The translations under genes and the position numbers were made by a program. The notes under the pieces were generated by a model, which searched no databases, was not told the origin of the DNA, and worked only from the letters and a program-made list of their open reading frames with translations. DNA of 63,727 bases, the filler included, from Bigelowiella natans CCMP2755 (lineage: Eukaryota > Protista > Cercozoa): assembly GCA_000320545.1 (NCBI GenBank). It is 5 parts of 5 records of this genome, joined end to end, with 100 filler letters (N's around TTAATTAATTAA, not from the genome) between each part and the next. Parts side by side here need not be neighbours in the genome. Positions count along the whole stretch, not along the records: positions 14,523 to 42,824 come from ADNK01000340.1; 4 more parts are not named here. One strand, given 5' to 3'. Positions 22,556 through 35,804 of the stretch are shown here, piece after piece; within the stretch, counting starts at the first letter, position 1; each line of letters opens with the position of its first letter.

Positions 22556-24639
22556 ATGTGGCCGAACAGACCGGTGAGGAAATTTCGCATTTTCACTCCT
22601 GTTTTTACCTTACTCCGAACGCGAAAAAATGCTCATCGATTGTTCCTCTTTCTTCTTCTTCCACTCGATATCATCAGCCGATGGGACCTGGGGGACATCC
22701 TCCTCCTCCATACGGACATCGACCGCCCCCAATGCCCGGAATGCCACCGATGCCAGGAATGCCTCCCCCTCCCTACGGCGCTCCCCCTCATGGATATGGC
22801 ATGCCTCCCCCAATGATGCATAGAGGAGGATTTCCTCCGATGGGGATGGGTATCCCACCCCCACGAGTTATGCCTCAGCGGAAACCACCGCCCTCTGTAC
22901 CGTCATCTGGCACTAAAGTCGTCTCGCCTTCCTTCAATGGGATAACTGTGTTCGTGGGGCGGCTTGCGAAAGAGCTGAAGGACGACTTTTTGCGGAGAAT
23001 TCTTGAGGTGATGATATGGATGGTGCACCGATGCAATGCAAATATGGTTTAAGCCATCCCTACAGACGTGTTATCTGCATAGAATTCGAATATGTAGCAC
23101 AACACACACACACATACACACACGCACAAACACAAACACACGCGCTCCTTCGCACAGCAAAGTAAAAATTTCAACTACTCACACATCCCACACCATACCC
23201 AGCAATGTGGACCTCTGGTTAAATTCACAAGGACGACCAAAACGTTTGGTTTCTGTGAATTCATGCACCCCGAGGCAGCCTCGAGAGCACTGCGCATTCT
23301 CAATAGTAAGGAGATATGCGGAAAAGCAATCCTTATCAAGATCGATGGCAAGGACCAGAAGAAATTACAAGAATACCAAGACAAGTATTGATGCGATGAT
23401 TTGATTTAGATTTTCGAATGAATATCTACACCCCCTGCTCATCTTTATTACTCTGTGCAACCTATAGCTTAGTGAAGCCTGTGGAGAAGATGGGAAAGGA
23501 TTCCGAGAGCTTTGCGGCTGACGTGAAGGAGGAGGAGAAGAAGAAGGACGAGGCCGCGCTTATCGTTATCGACAAGCTCATAGAGACGAATGACAAGGTG
23601 GTGAGATCACAAGAAAATAGAGAAATCCTCCGATGTCTAAGAATCAAAGTGCCACGAAAAGTCCTTTTTCCATCATATTCTCTCGAAAAGGGTTTCTGAT
23701 GATTGCTCCCATTGTCATTTGGTAGGAGACCGAAGCGAGCCCTAGCGGAAAGGTCACTGTGGAAGATATGCTCAAGCGGGAACGCCTCAAGAGCGAAAAG
23801 GGGGAGGGTTCAGAGAAGGACGATAAGGACAAGGAGAAGGGGGGCGATGAGGATGACAGAGATAGAAATAGGTGAGAAATAAAAGCGAGTTTCCTTCGTG
23901 TGCAATGAACCCTCGTTCAATAACGTCCAAAATAGTCCGCGACTACACAAGCAACGCATTCAACACGATATACGAAGAGACGAGAAGTAACCCAAACATG
24001 CGCCGAACCTATCGACGGTTGATAACACCTACCAATAACACGCTTTAGGCGGAGCCGCGAAAGTAGCAGGCGAGATAGATCGTCGCGGCGCAGAGATCGA
24101 AGTCGAGATAGGGACAGGGATAGGGATAGGGACCGACGCCGCCGTGATCGCGATCGCTCCAGATCACGGGATAGAGACTCGGGCTACAGCCGGCGACGAA
24201 GGGATCGTGAGGAGAGAGAAAAGGAGAGAGAGGACCGGCTTAAGCGAGAGAAGGATAAGATTGAGGAGAGGCGGAGGAAGCGGAGAGAGCGTCCTGCGGA
24301 CGATGAAGACGATGATGGCTCTGACAATAGCTCCGCCGCCCCCCCACCCCCCCCTCCACCACCTGCGGCCGGTGGAGAGGGAAAACCGAGCACGCCTCCT
24401 GCCGAGGAGGAAAAGACGGGGTTCAAGATGGTTGTGAAGGGCGGGGGTAAAAAGAAATCGCTCACTAAGAAGCGGAGGATCTCGAAAGCCCCCGCGAATG
24501 TTTTTGGAGAGGAAGAGGCACCCCAAAAAATGAAGGTAAAAGCAAGAGAAAATGGTGTGGTGATGGTAGAAGAGGAGGTTGATATTGCTGTTGCCTAGTG
24601 CACGGACTCTGTTTTAGTAGCATTTTCCATGTTCCCTCT

Positions 24640-24736
<97 letters not shown>

Positions 24737-25723
24737 AGCGAGAGCTTACCGTTCAAACAAAACAAAACTTCCTCCGCCTAATGCCAGCTGATCCCTCTGG
24801 AGGATTCCGACGATGAGGCACCCCCTCCCCCCCCCATCGACCAACACGATGAACAAGCACCACCGCCCCCAGCTGCTCCAAGTGCGACAGCAACCACCAC
24901 CACCACCACCACCACCACCACCACCACCACAGCCGGTATATCATCTTCTGCTGCAACGGCATCTTCTTCCGACAGCAAAAATCCATCTCTGCCCGCTGGC
25001 GCAGATTCTGCGAAAGGAGTTGCTGATAACCCATCGGCCGCGGGGGGGGATGACACAAAGAAGAAAAAAGCAGAAACCGGCGCAAAGCCACCACCAAAGG
25101 TGTACCAAGCAAACGTTGACTGGGGCTTCATCAAGATGCTCAATCTCCTTGAGAACAATGTTAGGCCTTGGGTGACAAAGCGTGTAAAGGTGCGTGCGTA
25201 CGACGCGCACATGTGCGAGCAAGCGAGTGTAGAGTAGGCCACACGGGACCTGTTTTGAGAAAGACGACGATAGAACTCCCACAAACGACGAGCATAAATA
25301 AGAGAAAGAGAAGAAGAGATTTGCATATTCTCGTACATCTAGTTTTTACTCCGGGCAGGGAGAATTGTCAGATAGTCATCATCATCTGATCAATCCGACC
25401 TTGTATCATTGTTGTTATTCGTAACACAGAAATTCCTTGGTGTAGAGGAGAAGGAGTTGATCAATTTCGTGATAAAGCAGCTGCAAAATAGGGCGAACCC
25501 TGCAGTCCTTGAACAGGAGGTAGTGATTGCGTTTTGCCTTCATTTCCCTCGTCTCTCTCCCATCTCCTCCCCTTTCTCTCTCCCCCTCGCCGTGTCTAAC
25601 TGCAAATGGGATGTCGATCGATAGATGGAAATCGCATTTGGAAAGAAAGAGTCTCGGAAGTTCACATCTGATCTCTGGAAGGAGCTTGTGAGCTATTCTG
25701 CTGGGGTAAACAAATATAAGTGA
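22556..25723 (+). CDS. RBM25: RBM25/Snu71-like splicing factor (Pro-rich N-terminus, RRM, RD/RE-rich region, PWI domain)
   Basis: RRM: ITVFVGRLAKELKDDFLRRILE|QCGPL..FGFCEFMHPEAASRALRILN. RD/RE dipeptide region at ~24050-24300. PWI: VDWGFIKMLNLLENNVRPWVTKRVK|KFLGVEEKELINFVIKQL..|..KFTSDLWKEL. Confidence 0.88.
24641..24732. repeat. compound intronic microsatellite (CT)n(GT)n(GA)n, self-complementary
   Basis: Lies within the RBM25 intron 24536-24787. Representative of the many (CA)n/(GA)n/(AT)n/(CAT)n and G/C tracts in introns across the window. Confidence 0.9.
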
Positions 25724-26960
25724 AAATGCGATGAGACGGAGAGGAAGGGAAACAATAAGCGTGATGATGGTCCACGTGCAGTCTCGTGGTATCGGTAATG
25801 CCTGGATGACAAGGGAAATACTCTTGCATGTGAAACGTCATACACATGTGAAAATGTGTCTATATTCAAAATAAATTCTTAAGATAATGATAATCGTATC
25901 CAACTCATCTGTTTTGTTTCCTACGTAATTTTAAGTTTCAAAGCAATGCCATGCCTAAACATCTATCTAGCTATGCATATCTTGCACAAAGATGCACAGT
26001 TTGTACGCCTATGGTTCAGATAGTTCTTGCGTTGCAGCTACCTGGTTGACTTACAGCGCATGTGCATGATGATTGAGAGAGAAATGAATCACGACTCCAT
26101 TTCGATTTGCTTGCAGCATTGCATCACGTGCATAGCATGCGCGACATGCTAGCATGGTGCCGGTCCGAAGCTTGCATGTCGTTCAAGCGTTAGTTGGCCA
26201 TATAGCCATGCGAGTCTCACTAGCTCAGCCGCGGCATGCTGTTTGATGGTGTGTCTCCAGATCTCAGATCTGGAGCGACTATATATGGGCACAACACGTT
26301 CTGTGCTAGTGTTTATGTGTAGCGATCTTTTCTAGCTAGCTAGCTAGTCTAGTCTAGTACAGGGATATCGTAGTAGTCACACATTTGCGAACGACTGACT
26401 GAAATTGAAAAAGAGGCACGCTAGCACGGACCGCTGCGCGCACCGCACGACATCGACGACAGGCGGGTGCGTGCAGATGCTTTCAAATGCATGTATAGTA
26501 TGAAACACATGATAGACGAGACAAACAGACACAACCTGCTAGGCGCTCTTGGTGCGTAGCCGCTGCTTCCTAGCTTTGCATAGCTCTAGCTAGAGCTACA
26601 TTAGGATGATTATTGAAAAGATTTAATCACTTCATTACATCCGTCTCACATTTACGAGCGTGGGTATCGCAAAACACTTCGATTCGCTAGCTTGTCACGC
26701 ACGTCGTGTATCGCTTCCGCTACGACACTTTGTGTACGGCAGCAGCTACACAGCTATACAGGCACGTATAAGCCAAGAGTAGTGACGCCAATGCAAGCAT
26801 TTCGAGCGCACGCACCTACGCGTATAGGCTCTTTAATCATACTTCTCACAGTGTTGTACCAGCAACGCAAAAAGTAGACTGTTAGCACGCTTGCATTGTC
26901 AAAGATATTAAAGTTTCACGAGCAGTATAGACTTAACCCTAAACACGCAAATGCGATACG

Positions 26961-27745
26961 TCATGGCGGTGCCTTATTGCGGATGACGTTATTGTGTTCG
27001 TATGGAGTTGTCCACTCATCATAGTCAAGCCGTGTTCTCCCCTGCCTTATATCAAGAAGGGACTGTGCAGCTGCAAAGAGGTGCGGTAAATCTTCGGCAG
27101 GATTCAACTTATGAACGGATCTGAGATGCCTCTTCAAATTGCTATTTTGGCGAAAAGCCCTAGGGCATAATTTACATTCAAACGGTTTTTCTCCAGTATG
27201 GACACGGATATGGGCTCGGAGGTTGGATAATTGAGTGAAGAATTTTTGGCAGTATTCGCATTTATACTCCCGCAGTCTCTTTCCTTGGTCTGGCCCGGGT
27301 GGCCGTGGTACGGAGAGGGGGATGTTCGTCACCTGTAGATGTTGAATGAAAGTCAGGGGTCACTCTCAGTTACACATTGGTCTTCTAATGTACAACCATC
27401 TAGTCGCGGCAAAAAGCGTAGATTCACTGTTCACTTAGTTTTTGTCCCCTGTACACGGAAGCTTCCTTCTCTTGATACGGCTCGCAAGAGCTGAAAGATG
27501 AGTTGAGGAAACCGCTTGAAGATGAATAGGGCTCGCAGGAACGAACACAGTCGAAGCCTTCCGTGTGAATATTTGGAAGGAACGAAGATTGCAGTAGGTA
27601 GAGGGCACGAGCTTCGCCTCGAGATTGCAGAATCAGTCGCTCCTCGCACAAAAGATCGCCTGGATTTCAACATGTGCCAACCTAGAACCGGGTAGCAACC
27701 GCATTTCACATCGGCGGAGCAGGTGGGTTCGAGCACGCGACTCAT
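26961..27745 (-). CDS. two-finger C2H2 zinc-finger transcription factor (first exon uncertain)
   Basis: Exon 27332-26961 encodes [52 protein letters not shown] with a canonical linker. The upstream exon and start (ATG 27745 candidate) are not resolved. Confidence 0.85.
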
Positions 27746-28284
27746 TTTGCGCAATTGAAAAGCAATAAGTGCTCGGAAAACCGGGCTTTTGCTCATCCGG
27801 AAGAAATTTCAAGGGAATTTCATGAAAAAGATTCTCATTCTGCGACTTTGCCTGGAAAAATTGCCTTCCGCATAAAAAACGCCTTTGTGTACAATCTGGT
27901 CTGGGGGAGGGGGATCAACATCAGAGTGCCGCTATTCTTGGCGATCAAATCTGACCTAAAACGGCCTAAATTTTCTCGTTTCGCCAGCCTCACAGCAGGT
28001 GTGTTCGCAGGAAGACGCGAAAGATCATTCAGAATAACAAGAACCATTTTTGCGGCTGGCAGTGGGTTTTGAGGCAGCTCATATCCAGCTGATGTTTTTC
28101 GATGTTTTCCCGGCAATTTTTGTTCTAGGTTGTCGTTGCATGAAAAAGGCTGCTATATTATCGTCGCAGGATTAAAACTAAGGCGGTTTTTACCAGATCA
28201 CGTTTTTGGAGGTTCTCATTCCGATAGTAGATTTGTTGGATCCAGACACACAGAACTAGATCTACTGGGGGACGACGTTTTATC

Positions 28285-30596
28285 ATGAGGAAATGGATAC
28301 TGGGCCTCGCACGGCACCGTGCTCAGCCAATACGTGGATGCTTCAGAAGGCGCGGGCTCGTGCCTCGTCCCTCTGCTTCATTCTCGTCTTTAGTTCAAGA
28401 AACTGTCACGTTAGACATGGAGGTGGTGGGCAATGATCTGATGCTTGTATCTATTTCCGGGTTGAGAACACTCCTACGTCTTTGTCCGCTCTGTATCTCT
28501 GCTCATACAGGACAGTGGAAAAGTGGGGGTTTTGACTCTAAACAGGCCTGGAGTTCTCAACGCAATGACTGTTGAAATGGGGGAGGCGTTCCAGTCTCAG
28601 GTAATCGCATTCTTGCTGGAGAAAAGATCGACTATGAAAAGATCGTGGTTTTCAACACCTATCCAGCTCTCCAATCTTCCCGACTCTACCCGTTGTTTGG
28701 TCCTCACAGGAGCAGGAAGAGCATTCTCTGCTGGGGGGTAAGTTCGATACAGATTTGTATTAAATCAATAGCACAGCACTCACATATTTTTGTGCGTTGC
28801 AGGGACCTGGAATTTCTATACGCACGTGCCAACGACACGCCGCATAGCAACAGTAATCTATGATCTTAGGTTTCGATTATATATTTCTTAATTCGTCGCA
28901 TGGTTATCGCACAGCCCAGGAAATGCTTCGATTCTACGCTCGCTTTCTCTGCCTCAGAGACGTGAAGGTGTTCGCACACTTGCACTCCTTTCCATCTCCA
29001 CTTTCTTTATCATCGTTGCCATCGCATTCATGAAGATTCTGCCAGGCGCACTAGGCATGCTTTGAAAGCATTTGATATAGATTAAGTAGCACATACATCG
29101 GATTGGATTTCGGTTTGGCGCAAAAATCCCACCCTTGATCTGCGTTTTAGGTTCCAGTGATATCGGCCATTAACGGCGCTGCGGTTGGGGCGGGACTATG
29201 CTTAGCAATGGCTACTGATATCAGGTGATGTGCAACCAATTATCTCTGCTATCCTGTAAATTCACCAAGTGTGTATGTGTGTGTGTGTGTGTGCATATTA
29301 TATATTTTCATTTCAGTTACCATTGCATGTAATATTCATGTATGTGCATGTGTTTATGCTGTTGTTTTTTTCTATCGTATCTGCATCATGCTCAGGATTA
29401 CCTACAATGACTGCAACTTACAATTTCCGTTCGCCAGCTTGGGCCTGCACCCAGGTTTGCATAATGAGGAAAATAAAGAATGTAAGACATGAAAATATTA
29501 TCACACGCCGAGACTCTGATCGAGTCGTATCACACATGCTTCTACCCCATATATTCACGTTGTTGTCCGCAGGGATGGGTGCCACGTTTTTCCTCCCGAG
29601 AGTTGCAGGCTATGAGGTCAGTTATCACGTCGGTAAAATATTGCCCAATTCCAATGTCATTGAAAGTGAGTGCGTTGGATCCACTATTTCTTCGCTCGTT
29701 TTCCGTTTAATGCGGTTGTGTGTTCTCACCAACTCCAACAAACAGGCAGCTACGCGACTGCTATTGACCGGGGAAAGTATCACAGGGGCTAAGGTAAGAA
29801 GAGCGTTTGGCGTCGAGCTTTCTGTGTGTACGTGCTCCCGCTTACTTGACGAACAAAACCATAGGCGAAGGAGTTAGGTATGGTTTCAGAATGCATGGAA
29901 CGACAGGATGAGGTGGTCACGAAAGCCTTAGAGGTACTTGGCTTCAATAAGATAATGTTTCCAGATACATTCCTTGTCGCCTTCACGATTTTTAGCTTTA
30001 TCCTTTCACGCATCATCCCAGGTCGCAAGCATGATAGCCCGAAACCCGACTACAGGAATTGAAACGTGTCTCAAGACTCTTCGCTCCCAACAAGATTCGG
30101 TACTGTTATAGTGATGAGGAGCTGCAGCTACTGGGAGGATATCAGCAGCTCTAACGCTAGCGACTCTATGCAGCCAGGGATAGGAATTTCCGACAAAACG
30201 CCATATTTATTGCTATTATGTACTAATGAAAACACTGATAATAACGCAATAGATATACTGCGATAAGTTCAAAGATATTATTTCAATCTCACTTTTGTCC
30301 CCGCCCAACATCTCAAGGCTGTAAATGGATTGCAAGGAGCACTAATGCGTGAAGCTGATGCACAAGCATCCTGCTATGCAACCGAGGTTTGATACTTTAT
30401 CTAGATTATTATAACAATAAAAACGAAAAACTCCCTCGCTCCATCGTCCACTCTTACACCATTTCCGGGATATTTTGAATCCTTGCTGCTACTTTGAAAA
30501 ACGATCCGTTGTGGCATCTGGCAGGACTTGATGAACAGGCTGATTGCAACGACTAAGGCAATTGCAGAGAGGAAAGCGGCGAAAAACAAAAAGTAA
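28285..30596 (+). CDS. enoyl-CoA hydratase/isomerase (crotonase) family protein with a probable mitochondrial presequence
   Basis: Spliced motifs VGVLTLNRPGVLNAM, CLVLTGAGRAFSAGG|DL, VPVISAINGAAVGAGLCLAMATDIR, FASLGLHPG|MGATFFLPR, RLLLTGESITG, AKELGMV and LMREADAQASCY. The N-terminus is Arg-rich and acid-free. Stop at 30596. Confidence 0.93.
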
Positions 30597-31523
30597 GTAT
30601 CACATGCTAGCATGGGCATCGCAACGCAACGGTACATAATGCTGGAATACTTTATAGTGTAACACAGAGCGCGCATCGTATCACCTACTGCAATAAAAGA
30701 TGGCACTTGGCTGTGCATCATGGCTATTACTACATCGCCAGCACACGTACGTATGGATGCTAGGTTAGCCTAGCTAGCTAGCAAGGCGAGCTAGCGAGGC
30801 TCATTGATGCTTATGTCTGGTAGGTCGTCCCCTATCTACATATATAGCTATCTAGCTATGCATGAGTGCACTATATATGCTAGCTAGCTAGCATCGCATA
30901 TGCATGTGCTTTTTCCTTGGACGAAGAAAGTGTTGCTATCTACTAGCAATGTTATATTATGCAACTTTCATGATGAATGTCACATCTTATTTGATCATGC
31001 TTCTAGCTTGCCATCGCATGATACGCAAGCCCAGCTGGCCAGTAATAATGCACCTATATATATTGCAAAGAATTGTCGAACGATACGCGCAAGGCTCGCT
31101 AACACGAACTTCATGCAAGCCGTATCGCAGGAATGAGCGAGTGGGCATTGACTAGCTCACATAATTAATAATGATACGCTATCTATAATATCATACACGT
31201 AGCATAGGGCAAATATGTAATATCGTGTTCAATAATAATTTCGAGCCGCGGAGTGAAGAGCGTGGAAATGCCGCCACAAACATAAGTGTACCATTTCCAA
31301 TGGTTTCATGGTTTAAAAAGCATATATCTTCAGGGAATCATTATGCTTCTGCGTCGTAGTCCATTCCCGGTAAACAATCGTGTATTGTGTGCTAAGCATC
31401 CATCAAGACGTCCCGGCCAATATTCTTTCCTTCTCCCAACACTCTTACTGACCGAAATCACTGCGTAAAAAACGCATAGTCGTGGAGATAAAGGGGTCAG
31501 GCGAGGGTATAGCTTGTCACATA

Positions 31524-32821
31524 TTAAGCAGGGCAGCCAGTCTGGTCAACATCGTTGAGAACGCTGATGTCGAAGCCCTTCTCCTTGGCAATCGCCCGAA
31601 CCTTCTTCACGATCGCTTCATCGCGTGTTTGCTGGCGGGTGAGAATCCAAAGGCCTGCGTTGTTGACGCCGGTACCAGTGCGGCATCCTTCAGCTCCTTC
31701 CTTAGTTGGCTGGCCTCCAGATACAAGCGCATAGCCCTCCTTATCATCGAATGCAACAATCCAATAGGGCCCAGCAGCGAATTGTGGGAGAAAGCATGGC
31801 GCGACGTGAAGCTTTGCAGGATCCGCGGTCTTGTCTTCTGCAGCGCAGATGCTCACTTGATGTATAGTCTTCTTGTCCGCCTCGTAAGCTTTGTTATGAA
31901 CATCGATCGTGTAGCCGAAAATGCCTTTGTTCGAACGCTTAGAGTATTGAGCCGACACGCAGTAGTTCTGCGAGCTTGGCAGATAAGAGACTTCCATCTG
32001 CTGCTGAATGTACCACTTCTGTGAGATGTAGCTATCGAGGTCAAATCCTTCCTGCGTGCTGATGGGAGAACATTCTGATGCAGAGACTTTTTCCGTGACT
32101 ACGCATTTCGACTTATCATTCTGCGAGCAAGAATCAAAGGATTCGGTGTAGGAGAAATCAGTGTGTGCGACGGGGCATCCGTCTTGGCTCCCGCACCACA
32201 GTAAATGTAGGTCGCAGTAGTTGGTTGAGTAGTCAACCACTGAAAAGACTTGCGATTCGGAGCAGGCATCGACCTCGCAAGAAGATCCAGCACCGTTTAA
32301 AGTGAATTTTTGCTAAGCACAACGAGGTAAGCACCACACCAAGAGGAATGAGATATAAGAACTATGCGATGTTCAAGTTAATATATTAGAAGAAACTTGT
32401 TGTTAGTGATTTTGTACCAGATCAGTATATTTCCCGTTGCCAGTAACCCTTTGGGTTGTGAGCACTGAAGACTGGGGAGAGCCGCTGGTCAAGGTGTACG
32501 TTCCCCCCTATGAAAAAACAAAAAAATACTTGTCATCTTAAAAGATTTTCCAACCATTTCTACATCCCCACTTGAAGAATGGCAGGGTGGGCGCATTTAA
32601 GTTTGTAAGCAGAATTGCATCAACATCATTACGTTGTGCGGATCCTTCCATCCATTCTCGCCGTTAATTCGGGCGATCATCTCAGTAGCAACTTCCTGGC
32701 AAGAGTTTCCAGGAAATTTAACTGTCATCGAGCATTTGGCGTGCACGAAAGACTTCGATCCCGGGCATGAGATCGCCGTGGAGAGGAGAGGGAGAAGAGC
32801 GAAAGAGACGAGGCGGGCCAT
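31524..32821 (-). CDS. secreted protein: signal peptide + Cys-rich domain of unknown function + lipocalin (ApoD/Blc-like) domain
   Basis: Three exons. Signal peptide MARLVSFALLPLLSTA; N-domain ..WKDPHN|GGTY..YTDL|..CSESQVFSVVDYSTNYCDL; lipocalin motifs FDLDSYISQKWY, CVSAQY, GPYWIVAFD..YALVSG, GLWILTR and AKEKGFDISVL. Confidence 0.88.
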
Positions 32822-33570
32822 TATAGATCGACTCAGATTGTAAGATATATCATCAGAATCGTTGTTTCGGAGTCCTTACAAAATATTTTGTAAATTATAC
32901 CTGCGACAACAATAAATTGGTTAATCATTCAGAATTCTCCGACCGATGGACCAAATTTTTTTTGAGAATTGCCGACTCACGTTTTCCAAGAAGGTGCAAC
33001 ATGAGCATGGGTATGGATTTCTCCGAAAGAGACGCTGTGACATATCCATATGCGACATGGAATCCTTCTTACCGTAGGCATCTAACAGCCGCTGTAAGTT
33101 GGTTGCAATAATTCGTAAAGACAAATTCCACCATTGGATTCCGGTTCATTGAAAATGAAATATACTTAGTTTTGTGGATGCGACATTATTTATTCGTAAA
33201 AGATGAACAAGATATCCAACAGAGAAGTAGTATAATTACATAGCAATTTACTACTACGACATTGATTATGCATCTGTAACGGCAAAAGTTTATCGTTGTC
33301 TTCCGTTTCAACAGATCCGAGTGTGAATGACCAAGTTAGCTTCGAAGTTTTTCGCTCAAATAGTTTCATTATCAGGTAGCCGGCTCGGAAGATCTTTGAT
33401 GAAATATGTATATGAAAGTATCAAATCAATGACAGGAAGTTTTATGCTTAAAAATATGCCTAATATTATCGTTCGGCATTACATTGAAGATCGGGAATTT
33501 CGTCTCATTCATCGCTCCCAGCCATCCATCTGTCGTACGCTTCGCTACCTTCGCGTTCGATTGAAGAGCC

Positions 33571-33905
33571 ATGGATGGAGGAGGGAGTGAAGTTCCTGAT
33601 CACAAGCCAGTTGGAGGTGTCCCTGCTCGAAAACCGACTGTCATGGCATCTGCAGAAGGCAAATCAGGTCCTTACGACAGATAATAAGATTGTGAATGCG
33701 AGGAGTACGTGCATTCGTTCGAATGTACTTGCATCGTATTACTTACTCAACCGTCGCGGAATCTAAAATTAAGTTTGCATCTTGAACAAACATGTGCTTC
33801 GTTGCGAACACTGCACTTGAAGATGCAAAGGCGAAGCTTCTGTTCAAAAGGCCAGAAGCACGGAGGTAGGTAAAGGGAAATAGTGAGGAAAAGTATGACG
33901 GGTGT

Positions 33906-33944
<39 letters not shown>

Positions 33945-33958
33945 TTCATCCAAGTAAA

Positions 33959-34009
<51 letters not shown>

Positions 34010-35719
34010 GAATCGATGAGTTCATGCATTTATGCATTCGCGATGTATATTTCCCTATCCGACTGTATTTCTGTCGGTATCCATCACATATTGAACTGAC
34101 ATGCTTAATTTTGATACAGCTTTAATTGCCTGGCGGTGGTCGAGTGGTGTGGAGGTGTTAGGCAAATAGCAGAGATAGAAGAAGAAGAAGAAGAAGAAGA
34201 AGAAGAAGAAGAAGAATGGAACTAACCTATCGTTTCTAAATCTGCCTTCATCTACTTTTCCCTCGTCACATTTACTTTCGCTACGGAAAGCTTACGAGTA
34301 TGACACTACATGAAGTCGATATCGCCAATACCATCCTTCCCTAACTATAGGAAAGGCGGGCGGAATGACTTACAATCTGGACGAGGTCAAGGCGAAGATA
34401 AAGGCGAGTGATACAGGATATAAGATCCTTATAATTGCAACGACGATGCTGATTCTCATGACCATTATCGCTTATTCCGGCTAGCCTTCGTTTTTTTCGA
34501 TGTACACTTTAATGGGAAGAGGCCACTTTCTTCAAGTTGGGATTGCTGCTGAGCTTTTTCATAACACAGAAGGGTATGTTTGTAAAACGGAGGCGACCTT
34601 CCATCTTCGTAGGATCAGGTACTTGTTTCATTGCTTACCTTGCGTAGCTTTCGTTCTCATCAGAGTCCTTCAATACCTAGGCGATGGTAGGATCTTCTGC
34701 GTCCATCCTTTCAGCAAAGGTCGAAATGAAAACAGAAAATGAATATTAAAGAACATTCATATGTTTAATCTGGTTGGGAAAAGGGAGCTTAGTGCGCAGC
34801 AGGGTACTGTGGGCTCTGTGTAGTTAGAGCTCACATTTATCCGTTAACATTAGCATGCGAACTTGCTCTTACACCAGCTGAATTTATTCGATAAACGGTA
34901 GGGTCTCACTATAACTGGCAGTGCTCTACAGGGTGATAAACTACTCCTTTATTTGCTATTACGTTTGGATCTTTGGCTCCCTTGATGCTAATGTGGAAGC
35001 CTACTTTGTAACCTAAACACATGGAAAATAAGGGGGGGGGGGGGGGGAGCGCGCATTAACTACGCTCAATTTATACGTGTATTTGCAAGATATTGTCAGA
35101 AGATTCTCCCCATACGTCGACCAAAAAGGTTCTTTCCATATTTCAAAGCCATATTCATATATCTAAAGATCTTCTGATGTTGTTCTATATATTACTCGAA
35201 CATGCATATTCATTAAACGGAAGGATCTACTACGAATCGTTCCTCAAGGGATTGCCTCCCGCGCCCATCCTTGTTGTCCTGTCTATGGACGGGTAAGGCA
35301 ACATTCAAATCTCAGAATCTTGATTGAACTAAATGTATATAAAAAATATATGTATATGATTTCTTATTTTCGTTTTTTTTTATACTATTATTTTGCGATT
35401 ATAATCGCTAAAACTCTATGGACTTTACTCTCTATATGTTTGTCATTTGCATCATTGGTTATTCTAGAACGTTAATAGCTTGGGATGCCGAAAGCAAGCG
35501 CCCCTCCCCTCTCGCACAGGACACGACGCATGAGGTTTGTTGATATTACTTTACTCATGAAAGTTATACAGCAGAAAATGCCAAAATTACCAAAGCGATT
35601 GTTGACCGAATCTGGCTAACAATGACGCTACAAAAACTGTATTCAGGACGCAATAAACTGCGGTATGATTCTGGAAAATAGCAAGGTTGAAGAGCAAATC
35701 TACACCGCGCGCGCGCGCG

Positions 35720-35804
<85 letters not shown>

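Noticed and set aside
26933-26946. TAACCCTAAA telomere-like word
   Set aside because: Single occurrence with no array.
31482-32024. 180-aa plus-strand ORF
   Set aside because: It is antisense to the lipocalin exon, which carries the recognisable motifs.
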